Shown in pieces: positions 25,896 to 32,000 of a stretch of 32,000 nt of DNA. Where the stretch lies: positions 4,260,001-4,292,000 of the forward strand of contig NC_010628.1 in assembly GCF_000020025.1 (NCBI RefSeq), read 5' to 3'. Origin of the DNA: Nostoc punctiforme PCC 73102. Its GTDB lineage: Bacteria > Cyanobacteriota > Cyanobacteriia > Cyanobacteriales > Nostocaceae. How positions within the stretch are numbered: position 1 is the stretch's first letter; every line of letters begins with the position of its first letter. Below the pieces are notes generated by a model that searched no databases, was not told where the DNA came from, and was given only the letters and a program-made list of their open reading frames with translations. The position numbers and the translations under genes were made by a program.

Positions 25896-28800
25896 TTATT
25901 CCTTAACTCCTAGACTTTTAGTAATTGACTTTAGTTTTTGCAGACGTTTTTGCTGTTGAGCTTTTCCATCTTTAATCTTCTCAATTTTTACATCAGTTTT
26001 CTGAAGAGATAATGTGTGATTTTTGATTGTGGTAAAGCATTCTGCTAAAGAGCTTATGGTTGGATATCTAAACATATCGATCATCGATAAATCTGTTTGA
26101 AATATTTCACGTAACTTGCTATGAACCTTAACCATAAGTAATGAATGACCACCCAGTTCAAAGAAGTTGTCGTGAATGCCTATCTTCTCGATATTGAGAG
26201 CCTTTTGCCAAATAGTAGCGATAGTTTGTTCCATCTCAGTTTGGGGCATGACATAAGCATCTGACAAATTTGGGCGGATAGTTTCTGGTGCAGGTAGCGA
26301 TCGCCGATCCAACTTGCCGTTGGGCGTTAGCGGCAGAGCAGGGAGGAAGATAAAGGCAGAAGGCACCATATATTCTGGTAGCTTTTCTTTCAGGAATCGC
26401 TGTAAATCACCGATGGTAACAGCCTGTTTATCATCCAGGACTACATAGCCTACTAAACGCTTCTCACCATGACTTTCTTCAACAGCCTGGACTATTACTT
26501 CTCGGACTGCCTGATGTTTTCTCAGTGCCGTCTCAATCTCTCCTAACTCAATGCGGAAACCTCGAATTTTAACTTGGTGGTCAATGCGTCCTAAGTACTC
26601 AAGTTCGCCATTGGGCAAGTAACGGGCCAGATCGCCAGATTTGTATAAATAAGCATCAGTTACTTCGCTAAAGGGGTTGACAATGAACCGTTCAGCAGTT
26701 AATTCTGGGCGATTGAGATAACCACGAGTTACACCCGCACCACCAATGTAAAGTTCACCAGCAACCCCAATTGGAACTGGTTGCCGTTGTGAATCTAATA
26801 AGTATATTTGCAAGTCAGGAATACGATGCCCAATTAGGCTACCATTTCTTTGATTTAAATCCGCTATATTTATGGGGCGATAGGTTACGTGTACAGTCGT
26901 TTCTGTAATACCGTACATATTGACTAGTTGTGAGCCATCGCCGTGGCGCTCAAACCAAGGCTGCAAGCTATCAAGTTCCAGGGTCTCACCCCCAAAAATC
27001 ACAAGACGCAGAGCCAGCGTTCCAGTTTTACCTGCCGCTTCCTCCTCTGCATTCATTAGTTGCCGGAAGGCCGATGGAGTTTGATTGAGTACCGTTACCT
27101 GCTGAGTGCATAACAAGTTGTAGAAAGCCTCTGGCGACCTGCTAATCCAGTAAGGAACAACTACCAGCCGTCCCCCATAGAGAAGAGATCCCCAAATTTC
27201 CCAAACTGAGAAGTCAAATCCATAAGAGTGAAAATTTGTCCACACATCGCGATCGCTAAAGTTAAACCATGACTGTGTGGCGGTAAAGAGCCGAATAACG
27301 TTCTGATGATTGACTAAAACGCCTTTGGGTTTACCAGTAGAGCCGGAGGTGTAAATTACATAAGCTAAATTATTTGTAGTTACCTCCCTAACCGGATTAT
27401 CTACCCTTTCTTGACACCAAGCCTCACTGTTTTGGTTTAAGCAAACCACCTGCGCCTGATGCTCAGGTAAACCTTCGAGAAATTTATCCTCGGTTAACAA
27501 TACCGAAACCTGGGCATCTGACAGCATGAAGGCTAGACGCTCCTTGGGATAGGTAGGATCTAGAGGGACGTAAGCCCCACCAGCTTTGAGAATTCCCAAG
27601 ATACTCACAACCATATCTATTGAGCGATCCATAAAAATTCCCACCAGTACTTCTGGGCCTACGCCGAGCGAATTGCTACGCGACAGCTTCGCTGAACGCA
27701 AATAATGCGCCAGCTGATTAGCTCGCTGGTTCAGTTCCCGGTATGTTAACTGTTGGTCTTCAAAGATTACGGCAATGGCATCGGGCGATCGCTCCACTTG
27801 AACTTCAAATAACTCATGGATACAATACTCCCCAGAATAGTCAGTTTGAGTATTATTCCATTCCACCAACAACTGTTGTTGTTCTGTTTTCGTCAACACA
27901 GGCAATTGTGCAAGGGGCTGCTCTGGATTAGCAACAATACCTTCTAGTAAAGTTACGTAATGTTTGCTCCAACGCTGAATTGTCTGGCAGTCAAATAGAT
28001 CGGTATTATATTCCAGTTCTATTAGTAGTTCATTATCTGTCTGAAAAATATTTAAATTAAGATCAAACTTAGTAGCACTGGTAGAATTTTTAGCAACCTC
28101 AAATTCTTGCTTTAACGACTTTGACTCAAATTGAGCTTTGTCCAGATTAAACCCGGTGGTAAAGAGAGGGGTACGGCTAGGATCTCGCGGTAACTTTAAA
28201 TTTTCAATTAGTTTAATAAATGGATAAATTTGATACTCGTAAGCATCTAGCAATACCTGCTGGATTGCGCTCAAATACTCTGTGAATCCTGGGTTGCCAA
28301 TAACTTGGCTACGTATAGGCAATAGATTAACACAGTGACCAACAAGAGATTCTCCTGCGATCGCAGATTGTCCGGCTGAAGCAATACCAACAACGATATC
28401 TTGTTGATTCGTCAATCTTTGCAATAAAGTTATAAATGCTGTTAAAAGAATCGTAAATAAAGTATAACCACGTTGTCCGCTTAAATTTTTTAGAGCGTTA
28501 TACAATGTTGGATCAAGGATGAGATTTTCTCGCGCACCAGTGTAAGAAAAGATTGGTGGTCGAGGACGGTCAGTTGGCAATTCCAACACAGGCACTGAAC
28601 TCGAAAATTGACCTAACCAATAAGCTTCAGCTTTTGCCATCTCTGGACTCTGCTGCCTTTCTACTTGCCACAGAGCATACTCACTCCATTTCATCGGTTG
28701 CAGAAGTTGACTAGCAATACCTTGGCACTGTGCTGAATAAATTGCTGCTAGTTCTTGTAACAAAATACCAATCGACCAACCATCAGCAACAATGTGATGA

Positions 28801-31205
28801 TTCGTCAGAACCACAAGATGATAATTTTCCTCCAGCTTAACTATGTGGCAGCCTAGTAATGGCCCTTTTTCCAGATGGAAAATTTGTTGAGCTTCTCGTG
28901 CTAACAATTCCGATAGCTGTGCTTCTCGTTGACTTTTATCTAAAGTTGAAAAGTCGCTCACAGGAATGTCTATAGTTAAAGTGGAATGAATCAATTGCTC
29001 ATCCCCCTCTGGGCTAAAAGTAGTTCGCAGCGCTTCGTGACGATTGATAATTTCCTGAACCGCTTTACGTACTGCCAATAAATTGCAAGTTCCCCGTAGG
29101 TGGATAGTTCTCGATTCGTTATAGGCGCGGGAAACCTCATCTCCCATTTGTGCTAAAAACCACAATTCTTTTTGTGCTGCCGTCAGAGGAATTTTGAGCG
29201 TTGTTAAAATTGGGGCAGATGGTAATAATTCCCCTTGTTGCATTTCTACTACGCTTTCTTTAACTGCTCGAATTATATGTTCAATATCTGCATCAGTATG
29301 AGCCGTAGAAAGATAAAAGGTGCGTCCTTCCCAGACATAAACGCCTTTTTCTAGCAGATGGTAGAAAAACAACTGATTAAACTTGAGAGGAGATGAGCCT
29401 ATAAAACGAAACAACGAACCAAAATGAACTACTTGAATAGGAACTTGTCTTTTTTCGAAGTAACTATTAATAGTTTGGGCTAATTTCGCTGTTTTTTGAG
29501 ATAACTCTTGCTGTAACTTCGGGCCACTATTCTTAATATGGTTGAGTGCAGCCCAAGCCGCAGCCATTACCAAAGGATGTTTGAAAAAAGTACCCGCAAA
29601 CATGGTGGTTTCTGCTTGAGGATAAGATTCATCTCCATAGTTCCACATCCCACCATCAAGCGTATCCATCAAAGCTGCTTTGCCAGCTATCACCCCAATT
29701 GGCATCCCAGCAGCAACAGTTTTCCCATAAGTAGTCAAATCTGCTTGAATATCCCATAATCCTTGAATTCCACCTGGGTGCATCCGAAAGCCGGTAATCA
29801 CTTCATCAAAAATTAATACGGTTCCTGTTGCTTGAGTTAGTTGTCTGAGCTGGAGCAAAAACTCTTTGGGTTGCAAATCTGGCCGACTACTTTGTATCGG
29901 CTCTACCAATACTGCTGCCAGTTCGTGAGCATGAGTTTTGAGAATCTCTAAGGATTCAGGTTGGCCATAGTCGAGTACAATAACATCATCAGCAATGTAA
30001 GATGGAATACCTATAGCTCTAGGGATAGAACGCCGCGTTCCTTCGCTAGTTGTGACTCCTCGCACCAATATCCCATCATAGATACCGTGATAAGAGCCAG
30101 TAAATAAAGCAATCTTGGAGCGTCCTGTAGTAGCGCGTGCTAGGCGTATTGCTCCCATCACGGCTTCTGAACCATCGTTACAAAAAGCTGCCCGTTCTGC
30201 GCCTGTTAGTTGACAAATTAACTCCGCAACCTGACCGGCAAGACGCGATTGTGGGCCGTGCAGTATACCTTGGTTTATTTGTTCTTGAATCGCATCAATG
30301 ACAAACGAAGGCGAATGACCAAATAAAAGCGCACCAAACCCCATAGAAATGTCTACGTATTCGTTGCCATCAACATCCCAAAGCGTGGCTCCCTCTCCAC
30401 GCTGTCCGTGGATGGGATATAACATCTCTTTAATTGAGGGCAGGAACCCTGTTACCGCCCTGCTATTAGCATGGTAAGAACGGTAAGTTTGCGAGAGTCG
30501 CTTAGATTCTGAAGTACGCTTAACAAAACGTGCAATTAAATAATCTAAATGTTTTTGTTGATGAGGAGTTAACAGAGTCTTTGATTCTGAGTCAAGCTGT
30601 TGGATATTTGCCGGAATTTGAGGCTCAATTATTTGGTTTATGAGTTGTTGATTAAACTTAGCTTGAATCGATGATGGACTTTCTTGAAAACCAGATTTAT
30701 CCTGAACAGGAGCAGATGGTATTGCTGCTTGTAAAGGTAATCTTTTCTTAGATGAACCTGCTTTTTGCAAAATATCTAGCTGTTTAGACATTAGCTGAAG
30801 CTGCTGTTCTATTACCTGTTCCAGTATTGTACCTGTTACAGATTTTTCATTTTCTTGCTCAAACTCTTGTGTATCTGAAGCCTTAACAGCTAGCCTTGAT
30901 TCCTTGATATCTTCTGGAGGTATTTCTTGCACTATGTGCGTTACTAAGGCATGAATTGTTGATAAATCTTCAAGTAATAAACGAAAAGGAATATTAATAC
31001 TTAACTGTTTTTGAATGGCACGGTTTATTTGCAGCAATATCAGAGAGTCAACACCCATTTCTAGAAAACGAGTATGAATATCTATTGCAGATGACTTGAC
31101 TCCCAATGACTCACTAACAATGTCCTTGAGGCTTAATACTAATTTCTGATATTGCAAATCTTTCTTCATAATATTTTTCAAAAACTTATTTATTACTGAA
31201 TGCAT
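25896..31205 (-). CDS. hybrid PKS/NRPS: ACP-AMT-C-A(Thr)-PCP
   Basis: 1769 aa. ACP nt ~30921-31163 (EMGVDS, Ser54). PLP aminotransferase nt ~29241-30575 (TTYGKTVAAG, Lys495). C nt ~27906-29192 (NHHIVADGWSIG). A nt ~26301-27833 (YTSGSTGKPKG, hand-extracted code DFWNIGMVHK). PCP nt ~26031-26243 (ELGGHS, Ser1688). Confidence 0.95.
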   Translation of the reverse strand: MHSVINKFLKNIMKKDLQYQKLVLSLKDIVSESLGVKSSAIDIHTRFLEMGVDSLILLQINRAIQKQLSINIPFRLLLEDLSTIHALVTHIVQEIPPEDIKESRLAVKASDTQEFEQENEKSVTGTILEQVIEQQLQLMSKQLDILQKAGSSKKRLPLQAAIPSAPVQDKSGFQESPSSIQAKFNQQLINQIIEPQIPANIQQLDSESKTLLTPHQQKHLDYLIARFVKRTSESKRLSQTYRSYHANSRAVTGFLPSIKEMLYPIHGQRGEGATLWDVDGNEYVDISMGFGALLFGHSPSFVIDAIQEQINQGILHGPQSRLAGQVAELICQLTGAERAAFCNDGSEAVMGAIRLARATTGRSKIALFTGSYHGIYDGILVRGVTTSEGTRRSIPRAIGIPSYIADDVIVLDYGQPESLEILKTHAHELAAVLVEPIQSSRPDLQPKEFLLQLRQLTQATGTVLIFDEVITGFRMHPGGIQGLWDIQADLTTYGKTVAAGMPIGVIAGKAALMDTLDGGMWNYGDESYPQAETTMFAGTFFKHPLVMAAAWAALNHIKNSGPKLQQELSQKTAKLAQTINSYFEKRQVPIQVVHFGSLFRFIGSSPLKFNQLFFYHLLEKGVYVWEGRTFYLSTAHTDADIEHIIRAVKESVVEMQQGELLPSAPILTTLKIPLTAAQKELWFLAQMGDEVSRAYNESRTIHLRGTCNLLAVRKAVQEIINRHEALRTTFSPEGDEQLIHSTLTIDIPVSDFSTLDKSQREAQLSELLAREAQQIFHLEKGPLLGCHIVKLEENYHLVVLTNHHIVADGWSIGILLQELAAIYSAQCQGIASQLLQPMKWSEYALWQVERQQSPEMAKAEAYWLGQFSSSVPVLELPTDRPRPPIFSYTGARENLILDPTLYNALKNLSGQRGYTLFTILLTAFITLLQRLTNQQDIVVGIASAGQSAIAGESLVGHCVNLLPIRSQVIGNPGFTEYLSAIQQVLLDAYEYQIYPFIKLIENLKLPRDPSRTPLFTTGFNLDKAQFESKSLKQEFEVAKNSTSATKFDLNLNIFQTDNELLIELEYNTDLFDCQTIQRWSKHYVTLLEGIVANPEQPLAQLPVLTKTEQQQLLVEWNNTQTDYSGEYCIHELFEVQVERSPDAIAVIFEDQQLTYRELNQRANQLAHYLRSAKLSRSNSLGVGPEVLVGIFMDRSIDMVVSILGILKAGGAYVPLDPTYPKERLAFMLSDAQVSVLLTEDKFLEGLPEHQAQVVCLNQNSEAWCQERVDNPVREVTTNNLAYVIYTSGSTGKPKGVLVNHQNVIRLFTATQSWFNFSDRDVWTNFHSYGFDFSVWEIWGSLLYGGRLVVVPYWISRSPEAFYNLLCTQQVTVLNQTPSAFRQLMNAEEEAAGKTGTLALRLVIFGGETLELDSLQPWFERHGDGSQLVNMYGITETTVHVTYRPINIADLNQRNGSLIGHRIPDLQIYLLDSQRQPVPIGVAGELYIGGAGVTRGYLNRPELTAERFIVNPFSEVTDAYLYKSGDLARYLPNGELEYLGRIDHQVKIRGFRIELGEIETALRKHQAVREVIVQAVEESHGEKRLVGYVVLDDKQAVTIGDLQRFLKEKLPEYMVPSAFIFLPALPLTPNGKLDRRSLPAPETIRPNLSDAYVMPQTEMEQTIATIWQKALNIEKIGIHDNFFELGGHSLLMVKVHSKLREIFQTDLSMIDMFRYPTISSLAECFTTIKNHTLSLQKTDVKIEKIKDGKAQQQKRLQKLKSITKSLGVKE
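27669..27692 (-). repeat. 24-nt in-frame, hairpin-capable insertion in the Thr A domain
   Basis: The sense strand gcgaagctgtcgcgtagcaattcg encodes AKLSRSNS, interrupting the usual HYLxxLGVxxE spacing (compare HYLQRLGVEKE in the other A domain). The flanks give an agcgaa/ttcgct 6-bp stem. GC-rich relative to its surroundings. Confidence 0.45.
29241..30575 (-). other. PLP-dependent aminotransferase (AMT) domain within the ACP-AMT-C-A-PCP protein
   Basis: The region from LWDVDGNEYVDISMGFG to YGKTVAAGMPIG to VWEGRTFYLSTAHT. Class-III aminotransferase fold with the PLP lysine retained. Confidence 0.85.
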
Positions 31206-31210
31206 TTATA

Positions 31211-31312
31211 TATAGCAGTTCTAAATCATTCGTGAAACCTCTCGTTATTCTTCTCTCTGTGTACTCTGCGTCTCTGCGGTAGCCTGCGGCAAGGCGCTCT
31301 GCGTCTACGTTA
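31211..31312 (+). repeat. MITE-like small dispersed repeat, longest copy (copy C)
   Basis: tatagcagttctaaatcattcgtgaaacctctcgttattcttctctctgtgtactctgcgtctctgcggtagcctgcggcaaggcgctctgcgtctacgtta. It is related to 8549-8622 (inverted), 16790-16857 (direct) and 16935-16990 (inverted). Confidence 0.75.
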
Positions 31313-31344
31313 AAAAATAATTTCTATAAATAAGATAATATTGC

Positions 31345-31360
31345 TATAGCAGTCCTAAAT
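31345..31360 (+). repeat. 16-nt direct repeat of the copy-C terminus
   Basis: tatagcagtcctaaat matches tatagcagttctaaat at 31211-31226 in 15 of 16 positions. The two bracket the GC-rich core. Confidence 0.6.
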
Positions 31361-31413
31361 AAATTTATAAAATATTTGCTTTTTTCTTGATGCTATTAGC
31401 ATATATATAATTG

Positions 31414-32000
31414 CTACATATCTTTTTCTAAGATATCTAACTGCTGAAACATAACAGCAATTTGTTTGTTGACGATCTTTTGAAGAAAATTATCATATTT
31501 TTCACCTCTACTACCTAGTTTAAGGATGTTGTTTTGATGAGAATCAAAAAATAAATCTTGTGATTCATCTTCCAGATGATTAATCTGTTTATTCTGTAAT
31601 TGATTCAACTCATTAACTTTAGTAGACTCAACCCAGTATCTTTTACGCTCAAATGGGTAAGTTGGTAAAGGTAGCCGATAACGTTTTTCATGAGCATACA
31701 AACTTGACCAATCAACTTGTATACCGTACAACCACAAATTTCCCAAAGTATTCAGCAAGAATGCAACATCAGATTGTTGATTATGAGGATGACCTATGGA
31801 GCAAAGCACCAATTGTCCCTGCGACTGTTGCTTAGTTAAAGTACTTAAAGTGCAACCAAACCCAACTTCTAAAAAAATCCGATTTGGCTGTTTGCACAAT
31901 TCACTAATGCCATCGGCAAAGCGTACTGATGACCGCAAATGTTTAACCCAATAACTGTTATCTGTTGCTTCTTTTGTAGTAATCCAAGTGCCAGTTACGT
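31414..32000 (-). CDS. type I PKS, 3' end only (C-terminal part of AT plus post-AT linker); 5' end lies outside the window
   Basis: The reading frame stays open to nt 32000 and translates as VTGTWITTKEATDNSYWVKHLRSSVRFADG..., so the track start at 31938 is a TTG artefact. It is homologous to the AT C-termini of the other PKS genes (SDVAFLLNTLGNLWL, LPTYPFERKRYW). It ends 208 nt upstream of the gene that starts with the ACP. Confidence 0.85.
   Translation of the reverse strand, partial: VTGTWITTKEATDNSYWVKHLRSSVRFADGISELCKQPNRIFLEVGFGCTLSTLTKQQSQGQLVLCSIGHPHNQQSDVAFLLNTLGNLWLYGIQVDWSSLYAHEKRYRLPLPTYPFERKRYWVESTKVNELNQLQNKQINHLEDESQDLFFDSHQNNILKLGSRGEKYDNFLQKIVNKQIAVMFQQLDILEKDM

Noticed and set aside
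25896-31205. Identification of the cluster as microcystin/nodularin (McyE/NdaF-like ACP-AMT-C-A-PCP)
   Set aside because: The A domain code is Thr rather than Glu-type and there is no terminal second C domain. The neighbouring genes (cMT-KR PKS, stand-alone C, second AMT PKS, TE-PKS) do not fit mcy/nda organisation.
438-31835. About 30 plus-strand ORFs of 60-96 aa in the track (for example 438..698, 1975..2220, 6000..6224, 10010..10261, 18154..18429, 25549..25839)
   Set aside because: All lie antisense to long, motif-rich minus-strand genes, have no recognisable motifs and show skewed low-complexity composition. They are shadow ORFs of the real genes.
31936-31938. The track start codon for the 174-aa ORF
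   Set aside because: It is a TTG inside an open frame that continues to nt 32000 with clear AT-domain homology, so the gene is truncated by the window edge.
1-32000. rRNA, tRNA, transposase, integrase, CRISPR-cas, MbtH, PPTase or transporter genes
   Set aside because: No ORF or sequence pattern supporting any of these was seen. The intergenic space is small and is accounted for by repeats and spacers.

Overview
Nearly the whole window is one co-directional minus-strand hybrid PKS/NRPS gene cluster. HIP1 (GCGATCGC) is strongly over-represented, about 40% GC and Nostoc-style small dispersed repeats point to a filamentous cyanobacterium. In transcription order (high to low coordinates) the genes are: a partial PKS ending after its AT; ACP-AMT-C-A(Thr)-PCP; KS-AT-cMT-KR-ACP; a stand-alone C domain; a SyrP/TauD-like Fe(II)/2OG dioxygenase; a His-less C-like domain fused to A-PCP; KS-AT-AMT-CP; KS-AT-KR-ACP-TE; then a second TauD-like dioxygenase, a SAM methyltransferase and an aldo/keto reductase. 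No rRNA, tRNA, CRISPR array or transposase was seen. The main points of interest are: (1) two in-line PLP aminotransferase domains with different carrier topologies; (2) a C / hydroxylase / dead-C arrangement that resembles 'interface domain' logic; (3) a module split between AT and ACP, with a repeated pre-AMT helix motif; (4) one family of MITE-like repeats in three intergenic junctions, whose core also sits in-frame inside a PKS gene; (5) an 8-nt tandem repeat inside a PKS coding region. I could not match the cluster to a characterised pathway from memory. No database search was possible.
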